Shown: positions 1 to 9,764 of the stretch, piece after piece
Layout of the letters: each line of letters starts with the position of its first letter
How positions within the stretch are numbered: position 1 is the first letter of the stretch
Source: an uncultured Alphaproteobacteria bacterium
GTDB taxonomy: Bacteria > Pseudomonadota > Alphaproteobacteria > HIMB59 > GCA-002718135
Length of the DNA: 64,000 nucleotides
Direction of reading: 5' to 3'
Assembly: GCA_902518895.1 (NCBI GenBank)
Contig: CABYHL010000003.1
Span: 19,789-83,788 of the forward strand
Position numbers and translations under genes: made by a program
The notes under the pieces: generated by a model
Told to the model about the DNA's origin: nothing
Databases searched by the model: none
What the model saw: the letters and a program-made list of their open reading frames with translations, nothing else

Positions 1-155
1 AACCTAAAGCTGAAGAGGTAGAAGCAAAAGACGCAGATACAAAAGCAGATGAAGCAGAAGCCAAACCAGCAGAAGAATCTAAAGCAGAAGCTGCAGAGGA
101 ATCTAGTAAAGAAGAGGAAAAAGCAGCCGAAAATAAATCGGATGACAATAAATAA
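1..155 (+). CDS. 3' end of an upstream gene with an Ala/Glu/Lys-rich tail; probably 50S ribosomal protein L19 (partial)
   Basis: Open frame from nt 3 reads [50 protein letters not shown], ending TAA at 153-155 and overlapping the leuC ATG at 142. The L19 identity rests only on recalled rplS-leuC synteny. Confidence 0.55.
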   Translation, partial: PKAEEVEAKDADTKADEAEAKPAEESKAEAAEESSKEEEKAAENKSDDNK

Positions 156-1545
156 TCCTAAAACTCTTTTTGATAAAATTTGGGAACATCATCTTGTTGA
201 TAGACAGGATGATGGAACTTGTCTTATATATATTGATAGACACCTTGTTCATGAAGTTACGAGCCCTCAAGCATTTGAAGGTTTAAGAAATAATAATCGT
301 AAAGTTAGAAGACCCGAAAGTACTTTTGCTGTAGCTGATCACAATGTTCCAACCTCAGATAGATCTAAAGGTATAGAAAATAAAGAAAGTAGAATTCAGG
401 TTGAAACACTAGAAAAAAATTGCAAAGATTTTGATGTTACACTTTTTCCATTATTAGATAGCAGACAAGGTATAGTTCATATAGTTGGACCAGAACAAGG
501 CATTACTCAGCCAGGTATGACAATAGTTTGTGGTGATAGTCATACAGCAACACACGGTGCATTTGGTGCATTAGCTTTTGGTATCGGCACAAGTGAAGTT
601 GAGCATGTATTAGCTACTCAGACCTTAATTCAAAAACCTGCAAAGAATATGCGAATTTCTGTTGAAGGTAAGTTAAACTTAGGTGTTACAGCAAAAGATA
701 TTATTCTTCATATAATAGGAGAAATAGGAACGGCTGGCGGAACTGGTTATGTTATTGAATATGCTGGTAATGCAATTTCCTCTCTTTCTATGGAAGGAAG
801 AATGACAATCTGCAATATGAGTATTGAAGCAGGTGCTAGAGCTGGTTTAATCGCTCCTGACGAAAAAACTTTTGAATATATTAAAGGTAGACCTTACGCT
901 CCATCAGGAGATTATTGGAATAAAGCGGTAGAATTTTGGAAATCTCTTCCATCTGATGAGGGCGCAAAATATGATGAAGAAATTTTAATTAATGCTGAAG
1001 ATATTTCACCACAAATAACTTGGGGCACAAGCCCACAAGACGTTGTTGCTATAGATGGTATAGTACCAAACCCACAAGAAGAGAGTAACCCGAATAGAAA
1101 GAGGGCTATGGAACGTTCTCTTGAATATATGGGTTTAGAACCCAATCAAGAAATACAAAAAATTAAAATTGATAAAGTATTTATTGGCTCTTGCACTAAT
1201 GGAAGAATTGAGGATTTAAGAGAAGTTGCCAAAGTTGTAGAGGGCAAAAAAGTTTCTGTAGACTCAATGATCGTTCCTGGTTCAGGTCTAGTTAAAAAAC
1301 AAGCTGAAGAAGAAGGTTTAGATAAAATTTTTATTGAAGCAGGATTTGATTGGAGAGAGCCAGGTTGCTCCATGTGTTTAGCTATGAATCCAGATCAATT
1401 AAAACCACAAGAAAGATGTGCATCAACATCAAATCGAAATTTTGAAGGTAGACAAGGTAGAGAAGGTAGAACACATCTTGTTAGTCCTGCAATAGCTGCT
1501 GCCTCCGCAATCAAAGGTTCTTTTGCAACAGCAGAGGATTTATAA
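142..1545 (+). CDS. leuC: 3-isopropylmalate dehydratase large subunit
   Basis: [26 protein letters not shown] and PGCSMC motifs. Start moved to ATG 142 because the longer ORF overlaps the upstream gene. Confidence 0.97.
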   Translation: MTINNPKTLFDKIWEHHLVDRQDDGTCLIYIDRHLVHEVTSPQAFEGLRNNNRKVRRPESTFAVADHNVPTSDRSKGIENKESRIQVETLEKNCKDFDVTLFPLLDSRQGIVHIVGPEQGITQPGMTIVCGDSHTATHGAFGALAFGIGTSEVEHVLATQTLIQKPAKNMRISVEGKLNLGVTAKDIILHIIGEIGTAGGTGYVIEYAGNAISSLSMEGRMTICNMSIEAGARAGLIAPDEKTFEYIKGRPYAPSGDYWNKAVEFWKSLPSDEGAKYDEEILINAEDISPQITWGTSPQDVVAIDGIVPNPQEESNPNRKRAMERSLEYMGLEPNQEIQKIKIDKVFIGSCTNGRIEDLREVAKVVEGKKVSVDSMIVPGSGLVKKQAEEEGLDKIFIEAGFDWREPGCSMCLAMNPDQLKPQERCASTSNRNFEGRQGREGRTHLVSPAIAAASAIKGSFATAEDL

Positions 1546-2148
1546 ATGGAATCATTTAAAACATTAATTGGTATCCCTGCGCCACTACCAATGATTAATG
1601 TCGATACCGATATGATTATTCCAAAACAATTTTTGAAAACAATAAAGAGATCTGGTTTAGGTAAAAACTTATTTCATGAATTAAGATACGATATTCAAGG
1701 TAACATAAAGAATGATTTTGTTCTTAACTGGGACCCTTATAAAACTTCAAAAATTTTAATTGCTGGGGCAAATTTTGGTTGTGGATCAAGTAGAGAGCAT
1801 GCACCATGGTCACTTTTAGATTTTGGTTTTAAGTCAATAATTGCACCAAGCTTCGCAGATATTTTCTATAATAATTGTTTTAAAAATGGAATACTGCCAA
1901 TTAAGTTAGATCAACAAAAGGTAGATATATTAATGAACGAAGCAGAAAATAAAAATGATGTTTCAGTTGATTTAGAAAATCAAAAAATCACTTATCAAAA
2001 TGACAAAACAATAGAATTTGAAATTGATTCATTTCGAAAAAAATGTTTGCTAGAGGGTTTGGATGATATTGGTTTGACGCTCCAAAAAAATAAAAAAATT
2101 GATGTTCACGAAGAAAAAATACACAGTTTCCAACCTTGGATAGTGTAG
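1546..2148 (+). CDS. leuD: 3-isopropylmalate dehydratase small subunit
   Basis: [13 protein letters not shown] and [11 protein letters not shown] motifs; directly follows leuC. Confidence 0.97.
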   Translation: MESFKTLIGIPAPLPMINVDTDMIIPKQFLKTIKRSGLGKNLFHELRYDIQGNIKNDFVLNWDPYKTSKILIAGANFGCGSSREHAPWSLLDFGFKSIIAPSFADIFYNNCFKNGILPIKLDQQKVDILMNEAENKNDVSVDLENQKITYQNDKTIEFEIDSFRKKCLLEGLDDIGLTLQKNKKIDVHEEKIHSFQPWIV

Positions 2149-2154
2149 TCAGAA

Positions 2155-3267
2155 ATGAGTAATAAAAAAATTTTAATTTTACCTGGTGACGGAATCGGCA
2201 ATGAAGTTATGGCTGAGGTATTAAAAATAATTGATTGGATGGAAAAAACTAAATCTTTATCTTTTGATATTTCTGAAAGATTAGTTGGGGGTACAGCATA
2301 CGATAAAGAAGGTAATTCTATAAGTGATGAAACAATGCAAGTAGCTATGGATTGTGATGCAGTATTATTTGGTGCGGTAGGAGGTGCTAAATGGGATAAT
2401 GTAGAAAGAGATAAAAGACCTGAAGCAGCCTTATTAAGATTAAGAAAAGACCTAGATCTCTTTGCCAATCTAAGACCAGCTGTTGTTTTAGATGCTCTTT
2501 CAGATTCATCATCTTTAAAATCAGATCTTGTTAAAGGATTAGATATTTTGATAATAAGAGAATTAACAAGTGGTGTATATTTTGGGCAACCAAGAGGTAT
2601 ATCAAAAATTAGTGAGACTGAAAGTAAGGCAGTTGATACTCAACTATATACCACATCAGAAGTTAATAGAGTTTCACGAGTGGCATTTGATTTAGCAAAG
2701 TTGCGTAATAATAAAGTTACATCAGTAGAAAAATCAAATGTAATGGAAACAGGTTTATTTTGGAAACAAACCGTAACAGATTTACATAAACAGGAATATT
2801 CTGATGTTAATTTAGAACACATGCTTGCAGATAATTGTGCAATGCAGTTAGTTCGTTATCCAAAACAATTTGATGTCATACTTACAGATAACTTATTTGG
2901 TGATCTTTTAAGTGACACTGCTGCTATGCTAACAGGATCTTTAGGAATGCTTCCTTCAGCAGCTCTTGGACCAGTTAAAGAAAATGGAACTAGAGCAGCA
3001 ATGTATGAGCCAGTTCATGGTAGTGCACCAGATATAGCTGGCCAATCTAAAGCAAATCCTCTAGCAATGATCATGAGCTTTGCTATGATGTTGAAATATA
3101 GTTTTGATATGCAAGAAGATAGTCAAATGGTTGAGAAAGCTGTACAGAATGTATTACTAAAAGGTCTAAGAACAGCTGATATTAAAGATGGAGCAGAAAA
3201 AATTATTTCTACTCAAGAAATGGGAAATGCTGTTATTGAAGAATTAAAAATTCTATCTGGCAATTAA
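2155..3267 (+). CDS. leuB: 3-isopropylmalate dehydrogenase
   Basis: [15 protein letters not shown] and [13 protein letters not shown] motifs. Confidence 0.97.
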   Translation: MSNKKILILPGDGIGNEVMAEVLKIIDWMEKTKSLSFDISERLVGGTAYDKEGNSISDETMQVAMDCDAVLFGAVGGAKWDNVERDKRPEAALLRLRKDLDLFANLRPAVVLDALSDSSSLKSDLVKGLDILIIRELTSGVYFGQPRGISKISETESKAVDTQLYTTSEVNRVSRVAFDLAKLRNNKVTSVEKSNVMETGLFWKQTVTDLHKQEYSDVNLEHMLADNCAMQLVRYPKQFDVILTDNLFGDLLSDTAAMLTGSLGMLPSAALGPVKENGTRAAMYEPVHGSAPDIAGQSKANPLAMIMSFAMMLKYSFDMQEDSQMVEKAVQNVLLKGLRTADIKDGAEKIISTQEMGNAVIEELKILSGN

Positions 3268-4311
3268 ATGACTCAAAAATACAATATAGCAGTAGCAGGA
3301 GCAACAGGTGCGGTAGGAACAGAAATAGTTCAAATATTAGAGCAAAGGGATTTTCCAATAGAAAATTTATATTTACTCGCGTCATCAAAATCAAAAGGCA
3401 AAAAAGTAGAGTTTAAAGATAAAGAAATTGTTGTAGAAGACTTATCAGAATTTGATTTTTCAAAAGCTCACATCGGTTTATTTTCACCCGGAGGCAAAAT
3501 TTCTGCCGAATATGCACCAAAAGCAGCTAAAGCAGGATGTATTGTTATAGACAATACCTCTCATTTTCGAATGCAACAAAATATTCCTTTAATCGTGCCT
3601 GAAGTAAACGCTAATGCACTTGATGAATTTTTTGATGATGAAAACAGAACTAATATTATTTCAAATCCTAACTGCTCAACAATACAAATGGTTGTAGCAT
3701 TAAAACCACTTCATGAAAAAGCAATTATAAACAGAGTTGTTGTATCAACTTATCAAGCTGTTTCTGGAGCAGGGAAAACAGGTATGGATGAATTATTTAA
3801 CCAGACTCAAAATGTTTATGCTAACCAAGAATTAAAAAAAGAAAAGTTTACAAAACAAATTGCTTTCAATGCCATTCCTCACATTGGAGCTTTTTTAGAA
3901 AATGGTAATACAGAAGAGGAGCAAAAAATGATTGATGAAACAAAAAAAATTTTAGATGAAGGAATTAATGTTTCAGCAACTTGCGTTAGAACAGCTGTAT
4001 TTATTGGCCATTCAGAAGCTGTAAATCTAGAGTTTGATTCACCATTAGATGAAAAAGAAGCTAAAGAAATATTATCTAACTCTGAAGGTATTTCAGTAAT
4101 TGATCATCGAAAAGATGAAGGTTATGTGACCCCTGTTGAAATTGCAGGAGAGGATAAAGTGTATATTAGTAGAATTAGAAATGATCAATCAATAGATAAT
4201 GGTTTGAATTTATGGGTAGTGTCAGATAATTTGCGCAAAGGAGCAGCACTTAATGCTGTTCAAATTGCAGAGTTAGTAATTTCAAAGTACTCAGAAAAAA
4301 TAACTATTTAA
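3268..4311 (+). CDS. asd: aspartate-semialdehyde dehydrogenase
   Basis: GATGAVG, NPNCST, STYQAVSGAG and DNLRKGAALN motifs. Confidence 0.97.
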   Translation: MTQKYNIAVAGATGAVGTEIVQILEQRDFPIENLYLLASSKSKGKKVEFKDKEIVVEDLSEFDFSKAHIGLFSPGGKISAEYAPKAAKAGCIVIDNTSHFRMQQNIPLIVPEVNANALDEFFDDENRTNIISNPNCSTIQMVVALKPLHEKAIINRVVVSTYQAVSGAGKTGMDELFNQTQNVYANQELKKEKFTKQIAFNAIPHIGAFLENGNTEEEQKMIDETKKILDEGINVSATCVRTAVFIGHSEAVNLEFDSPLDEKEAKEILSNSEGISVIDHRKDEGYVTPVEIAGEDKVYISRIRNDQSIDNGLNLWVVSDNLRKGAALNAVQIAELVISKYSEKITI

Positions 4312-4312
4312 T

Positions 4313-4387
4313 TGGCGGTCTCGTAGGGACTCGAACCCCAAATACATGTTCCGAAGACACGTGTGATATCCATTTCACCACGAGACC
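4313..4387 (-). tRNA. tRNA-Arg (anticodon UCG)
   Basis: Reverse complement folds as GGTCTCG TG GTGA-AATGGATA-TCAC A CGTGT-CT TCG GA-ACATG TATT TGGGG-TTCGAGT-CCCTA CGAGACC G CCA. The A20 Arg identity base is present. Confidence 0.93.
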
Positions 4388-4435
4388 TTTTATTTATAAA
4401 ATATTATATAGTATAAACTAAAGCTATAAAATATT

Positions 4436-5218
4436 ATGTCATTTTACCTATCAAAAATTCTTTGGTTAATATTAAATCCTTTTAATATTTTTATTTTTGT
4501 TACTTTGCTCTCAATATTTTTATATTTTGTTAAATTGAGAAGAATAAGTTTAATTATTTTTCTGATTAATTTTATATTTATCGCACTTATCTCTTTTTTG
4601 CCTATTGGAAGTTATCTAATTTATAATATTGAAAAAGAATATCACTCATACATAAAACCTCCAGACCAAGTCGATGGCATTCTTATTTTGGGAGGTGCAA
4701 CAAACCCTTTACTTTATAATGAATATGATCAAATCAGTTTAAATGGTTCTTCAGAAAGATTAGTTGAATCTGTTTTTATCATTAAAAAATTTGATAAGGC
4801 TAAAGTAATTTTTAGTGGTGGATCAGGTATTTTACATAGACCTGATTTTGATCATGCACAAGTTGCAAAATCTTTTTACAAAAAAATAGGAATAGAAATT
4901 GATAAGATAATTTTTGAAGATAATTCAAGAAACACCTATGAAAATATAATATATTCAAAAAAAATCGCTAATCCAAAAATAAATGAAAATTGGTTATTGA
5001 TAACATCTGCCTCGCATATGAAAAGAGCATTACTTATAGCAGATAAAAATAACTGGGATTTAATTCCATATGCAGTGGACTTTAAAAATATTAAAGAATT
5101 TAAATTAACTCCTAATTTTAATTTATTATCTAATCTAAATTCTTTTCAGCAAGGATCACACGAATGGTTAGGTCTAGTGTCATATTATTTAATGGGAAGA
5201 ACTGACAAAGTTTTCTAA
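4436..5218 (+). CDS. YdcF/ElyC family (DUF218) membrane-anchored protein
   Basis: N-terminal TM helices; ILILGG, IFSGG, SRNTYEN, LITSASHMKRA and HEWLG motifs. Confidence 0.88.
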   Translation: MSFYLSKILWLILNPFNIFIFVTLLSIFLYFVKLRRISLIIFLINFIFIALISFLPIGSYLIYNIEKEYHSYIKPPDQVDGILILGGATNPLLYNEYDQISLNGSSERLVESVFIIKKFDKAKVIFSGGSGILHRPDFDHAQVAKSFYKKIGIEIDKIIFEDNSRNTYENIIYSKKIANPKINENWLLITSASHMKRALLIADKNNWDLIPYAVDFKNIKEFKLTPNFNLLSNLNSFQQGSHEWLGLVSYYLMGRTDKVF

Positions 5219-6121
5219 TTTTTTAATAAAATCTTTTAAAATTGCATCCCTTTTGATTTCGTAAACTATTTTTATTGGATGTCTGTTTTTGTCTGAACTC
5301 CAACTCATATCATTCAATAAAATTGGAGAAGGTATTATATTAGTTGGAGCCCAATCTTCGTTTAAAACATAACCAACAGCTGCCATGTCCCAAATTTCTT
5401 TTGACCAACCTTTATGTATATTATTGTACTCTTTAAATCGCATTGCAAGAAATTTACCAATTTGACCATGAGGCTCTATATATTTTTCGATTTCTGGAAC
5501 TGTAGAAATAAGATGTGAAGTTACACCCTTGCAAGGAACCATCACTAGTGAGACACCGCAATCAAATAAAACTTGAGCACCTCCAATATCTTGCTTTAGA
5601 TTAAACTCTGAATTTTGTGGCCAATAAATTGCATTACCACCCAACCAAACTACAACAATTTTTTTAATAATTTCTGGCTCTTTCAATAATGCCGAGGCAA
5701 CATTAGAAATAGCACCTATGGCTATTACGTGTAGAGGATCTTCTTCAGTACATTTTAAAGCACTTTCTATGATATTATCTGCTGCAGGTGAACAAATAGG
5801 TTTTTTTTCAAAACCTACATATTTTGTTGATCCTTTAAAAACAAAATCATTTTTTTTAAAATTTATTTTTTCTAACAACCGAAAGATTTCATCATAACTG
5901 AGCTCCATTCCCTTCTTTGGATTATCTGAACGATTATTCATTGAAAAAGGAGCAGCATTTATACTTTGCACTTCTATTTTTTCTTTTGAAAACAACATTT
6001 GCACTAAAGCAAATTGATCATCAATTTCATTGTAGGTGTCCGTATCAAGAATAGCTTTAATTTTTCCTTTTTTAAACTCAAGTTGTTTTAAAATATCTGA
6101 AAAATCTCTCTCTAAAAGCAT
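5189..6121 (-). CDS. nucleoside hydrolase (IU-NH superfamily)
   Basis: Asp-rich Ca-binding motif LDTDTYNEIDD, IGAISNVA, WLGG and SEFNL. Confidence 0.88.
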   Translation of the reverse strand: MLLERDFSDILKQLEFKKGKIKAILDTDTYNEIDDQFALVQMLFSKEKIEVQSINAAPFSMNNRSDNPKKGMELSYDEIFRLLEKINFKKNDFVFKGSTKYVGFEKKPICSPAADNIIESALKCTEEDPLHVIAIGAISNVASALLKEPEIIKKIVVVWLGGNAIYWPQNSEFNLKQDIGGAQVLFDCGVSLVMVPCKGVTSHLISTVPEIEKYIEPHGQIGKFLAMRFKEYNNIHKGWSKEIWDMAAVGYVLNEDWAPTNIIPSPILLNDMSWSSDKNRHPIKIVYEIKRDAILKDFIKKLENFVSSSH

Positions 6122-6130
6122 ATCTTTATC

Positions 6131-6694
6131 TTACCAAGAACTATTTGGTTGTGTTAAAAATAACTCTTCTTCATTTGTTGATTTTCTATTTAATATTTTA
6201 TTTCTATGCGGATACCTTCCAAATTTTTTAATTGCCACGCTATGATCATCCCAAGCTTTTTTAATATTAGTGTATTCTGGATGATAATTTAAATATTTAT
6301 CGACTAATTTATGACCAAGTTCATGATCCGTGATATCTTCACTATGAATTAATGGCAGTAATAAAAAATGTATTTTATCAATATCTAGGCTATCTAAATA
6401 ATTTTTACTTATTGCTTCTTTGGCAATTAAAACACACTTATTATCCTGGTCATAAGCTTTTGAATTATTTCTGAAAAAATTTCTTGATAATTGATCAAGT
6501 AATATAATCAAAGCTACACATTCCTCAGCATCATTTTTCCAATTATCATAATCATTGTTAATGGCTTTAATGTAATCATCCATAAAAGTACTTTTTAAAA
6601 TATTATCAAATTCATCATCTTTTTTAAACCATTGTTCAAGTGGAGTTTTGATGAAACAAAATTCTAGAATAGCTTTAGCTCTTTCATTAATCAC
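6131..6694 (-). CDS. DUF924 family protein
   Basis: WFKKDDEFD, IILLDQLSRN, LPLIHSE and FGRYPHRN motifs. GTG at 6694 preferred over TTG at 6724, which abuts the divergent gene. Confidence 0.88.
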   Translation of the reverse strand: MINERAKAILEFCFIKTPLEQWFKKDDEFDNILKSTFMDDYIKAINNDYDNWKNDAEECVALIILLDQLSRNFFRNNSKAYDQDNKCVLIAKEAISKNYLDSLDIDKIHFLLLPLIHSEDITDHELGHKLVDKYLNYHPEYTNIKKAWDDHSVAIKKFGRYPHRNKILNRKSTNEEELFLTQPNSSW

Positions 6695-6724
6695 AGAGCT
6701 GTAATATAAATATATATTTTCCAA

Positions 6725-7396
6725 ATGACATTAAGTAATTTAAACAAATCTATCATTCATTGCAGAAAGTGTGAACGCTTAGTTAACTTCCGTGAAAAAA
6801 TTGCCAAAGAAAAAAGAAAGCAATATATTGATCAGAGTTATTGGGGTAAACCAATTACTGGTTACGGAGATGAAAAAGCCAAATTATTAATGGTAGGCCT
6901 TGCACCAGCAGCGCACGGAGGAAATAGAACAGGTAGAGTCTTTACAGGGGATAAATCAGCAGATTTTTTATTCTCTTGTTTATATAAAACTGGATTTGCA
7001 AACCAGCCAGATTCAGTAGATAGAGGAGATGGTTTGGAACTTCAAAATATGTATTTAACTACTGCTCTTAAATGTGTACCCCCAGAAGATAAACCTACTT
7101 CACAGGAATTGAAAACATGTTTTAATTTTTTCAATAAAGAAATTACTTTGTTAAAAAAAATAAAAGTCATTGTTGCCCTTGGTAAAATTGGTCATGATGC
7201 CTGTTTAAATTATTATAAGCAACAATATGAAATACGAAATAAAGATTTTATTTTTTCTCACGGATCTATGAATATTTTACCCGATAAGAAAATTTTGGTT
7301 GGTAGTTATCATCCAAGTCCAAGAAATGTTAACACAGGAAGAATAGATAAAAGTAAAATGGTAAAACTTTTAAATAGTATTAAAAAATTGCTTTAA
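6725..7396 (+). CDS. uracil-DNA glycosylase family 5 (4Fe-4S, UdgB-type)
   Basis: CRKC, YWGKP, GLAPAAHGGNRTGRVFTGD and SYHPSPRN motifs. Confidence 0.92.
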   Translation: MTLSNLNKSIIHCRKCERLVNFREKIAKEKRKQYIDQSYWGKPITGYGDEKAKLLMVGLAPAAHGGNRTGRVFTGDKSADFLFSCLYKTGFANQPDSVDRGDGLELQNMYLTTALKCVPPEDKPTSQELKTCFNFFNKEITLLKKIKVIVALGKIGHDACLNYYKQQYEIRNKDFIFSHGSMNILPDKKILVGSYHPSPRNVNTGRIDKSKMVKLLNSIKKLL

Positions 7397-7402
7397 ACCA
7401 TA

Positions 7403-8593
7403 ATGAAAAAATTTTTTTTACATGATCCAAATCTCTTAGTATACGGATTTGCCATGGTCTTCTTTGCAAGTTTTGGACAGACCTTTTACATTGCATTATT
7501 TAACGAAGATATTCGAAATCTATATAAAATAACAGATGGTGAGTTTGGATTAGTTTACGCAATTGCCACACTTGTAAGTTCTTTTTTATTCATTAACTTT
7601 GCTAAGTTAATAGATAAGATTGATTTAAGATTATACTCCATAGGTGTTATTCTAGGTTTAGCTTTTGCTTGTATTGGTTTTTATTTTATTTTTAAAAATA
7701 TTTTTCATCTTTTTCTTATTTTATTTTTATTACGTTTTTTTGGACAGGGAGCTATGACACATGCCGGCTCAACATCAATGGCGAGATATTTTTTAATTGA
7801 TAGAGGTAAAGCAATATCAGTTGCAACACTTGGAGGAATGTTAGGCATAATGTTTTTACCAAAGATTGTCGTTAATTTGGACTCATACTTTAATTTTAAA
7901 ACTCTTTGGTTTTTAACAACTTTGACTCTTTTAATCTTAATTCCAATAATATACTTTATTCTTCATAATCAAAAAAGTAGGGATGCTGTCCTTCAAAAAA
8001 ATATTGATAATGAGAAAACACATAAAAGTTGGACCATTACAGAAATTTTAAAAGACCGAGTTTTTTTTATCTATTTTCCATTAGCTGCATCCTTTCCATT
8101 TATTGGTACAGGGTTAATGTTTCATCAGATTTATATTTTTGATGCTAAAGGGTGGACAATGGAAATGCTGGGGAACGGTTATATATATTTTGGATTATTC
8201 TCTATTTTAGGATTATTAATAGGAGGGCCTTTAATAGATAAGATAAATACAAAGAAAGCAATACCCTTTGTGCTATTACCTTTGTTAGTCTGTATTACTA
8301 TTCTTTATTTTTCTAATAATTTTTGGTCATTCGTGCTTTACATGTCTTTATTTGGATTTAACTTAGGTTTATCAGCACCGTTTATGGGATCACTCTGGGC
8401 AGAAATTTACGGAGTGAAAAGTATTGGAACTGCTAAAGCTTTACTGCACGCAGTCGGGGTTTTTGCGAGTGCCTTATCGCCTGTTGTTTTTGGATATATT
8501 ATTGATTGGGGTTATGGAATATCAGTTATATTTTTAATTAGCTTCATTATGATTGTTGTATCATCAATTTTGCCTATAATTTATAGAACATGA
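7403..8593 (+). CDS. MFS transporter
   Basis: About 12 hydrophobic helices; FGQT, LRFFGQG and RGKA motifs. Confidence 0.88.
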   Translation: MKKFFLHDPNLLVYGFAMVFFASFGQTFYIALFNEDIRNLYKITDGEFGLVYAIATLVSSFLFINFAKLIDKIDLRLYSIGVILGLAFACIGFYFIFKNIFHLFLILFLLRFFGQGAMTHAGSTSMARYFLIDRGKAISVATLGGMLGIMFLPKIVVNLDSYFNFKTLWFLTTLTLLILIPIIYFILHNQKSRDAVLQKNIDNEKTHKSWTITEILKDRVFFIYFPLAASFPFIGTGLMFHQIYIFDAKGWTMEMLGNGYIYFGLFSILGLLIGGPLIDKINTKKAIPFVLLPLLVCITILYFSNNFWSFVLYMSLFGFNLGLSAPFMGSLWAEIYGVKSIGTAKALLHAVGVFASALSPVVFGYIIDWGYGISVIFLISFIMIVVSSILPIIYRT

Positions 8594-8730
8594 ATAAACA
8601 AATAATGGAGAGTCTTAATTTTCTAATCAAGGAATATAAAAGATTAAAAAAGAAAAAAGAAAATAGAAATATCAGCAGTAATGAACTAGAAACTTTAAAA
8701 CAACTTGAACAGTACTTAGGAAAAAAATAA
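8590..8730 (+). CDS. small basic hypothetical protein (46 aa), below the ORF-track cutoff
   Basis: MNKQIMESLNFLIKEYKRLKKKKENRNISSNELETLKQLEQYLGKK. ATGA overlap with the MFS stop and TAATG overlap with the zapE start fill the gap exactly. Confidence 0.7.
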   Translation: MNKQIMESLNFLIKEYKRLKKKKENRNISSNELETLKQLEQYLGKK

Positions 8731-9764
8731 TGTTTAATGTTATTGATCAATACAATAGTTTTGTTGAAAATAATTTTATTAAAAAAAATAAAGATCAAAT
8801 TGAATTTTTAAAACAAGCAGATAATGTATGGTCATCTTTTAGTAAAACAAAGTTATTTTTTAAGGATAAAATTTTCGAAGGAATTTATCTTTATGGTCAA
8901 GTTGGGACAGGAAAAACATTTTTATTAAATTTATTTTATCAAAATACCAAGATTGGAAAAAAAATTCATTTTAATAACTTAATGAATGAAATCCATGAAC
9001 AAGTTAAAAAATCAGAAAATAAAGAACTTGCAATCGAAAACTATGTAAAAAATTTAAGTAGAGATTTCAAAATAATATTTATTGATGAACTACATATTTT
9101 TAATATTGTTGATGCACTAATAATAAAAAAAATATTTAATTATTTTTCTAAATATAAAATATTTGTATTACTGTCGTCAAATTTTCATCCAGATAATTTA
9201 TATAAAGATGGTTTGCAGAGAAATGACTTTCTGCCATTTATTGATTTAGTTAAAAAAAATTTTTTTCTTTATGATATTAGTATTAAAACTGATTTTCGTC
9301 GACAAACTTTAAATCAATCAAAGACATATTTCACACCTATAACAACTGACACAACAAATGAATTTGAAAAATTATTTAATCGCTTTGTTGATCCCTCCCA
9401 TTTAACAACTGTAAAAATTAAATCTAAAAGTCGTGAACTAGAGTTTGATAAATGTACATCAAATCTAATGATGATAGATTTTGAAAATCTTTGTGAAGTA
9501 AATTTTGGTAATGAAGATTATAAAAATATTGCAGATAAATTTAAGTTGGTATTTTTAAAAAATGTTCCTGAATTTGATAATCATAAAAAAGATGCGTGCA
9601 GAAGATTTATTGGATTAATTGATATGTTATATGAAAATAATTGCTCAACAGTAATTTTAGCATCAAAACCTATAAATTCATTAAATAATATAAATACTCT
9701 AGCAGAAGAATTTAAAAGAACCGCTAGCAGATTATATGAAATGACCATAGTAAAACCAGATTGA
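8730..9764 (+). CDS. zapE: cell division ATPase ZapE (AFG1 family)
   Basis: Walker A GQVGTGKT, Walker B IIFIDE, SSNFHP, LYKDGLQR and RTASRLYEM. Confidence 0.92.
   Translation: MFNVIDQYNSFVENNFIKKNKDQIEFLKQADNVWSSFSKTKLFFKDKIFEGIYLYGQVGTGKTFLLNLFYQNTKIGKKIHFNNLMNEIHEQVKKSENKELAIENYVKNLSRDFKIIFIDELHIFNIVDALIIKKIFNYFSKYKIFVLLSSNFHPDNLYKDGLQRNDFLPFIDLVKKNFFLYDISIKTDFRRQTLNQSKTYFTPITTDTTNEFEKLFNRFVDPSHLTTVKIKSKSRELEFDKCTSNLMMIDFENLCEVNFGNEDYKNIADKFKLVFLKNVPEFDNHKKDACRRFIGLIDMLYENNCSTVILASKPINSLNNINTLAEEFKRTASRLYEMTIVKPD

Noticed and set aside
49-141. N-terminal extension of LeuC in the ORF track
   Set aside because: It is an off-frame reading of the upstream gene's tail; recognisable LeuC sequence starts after ATG 142.
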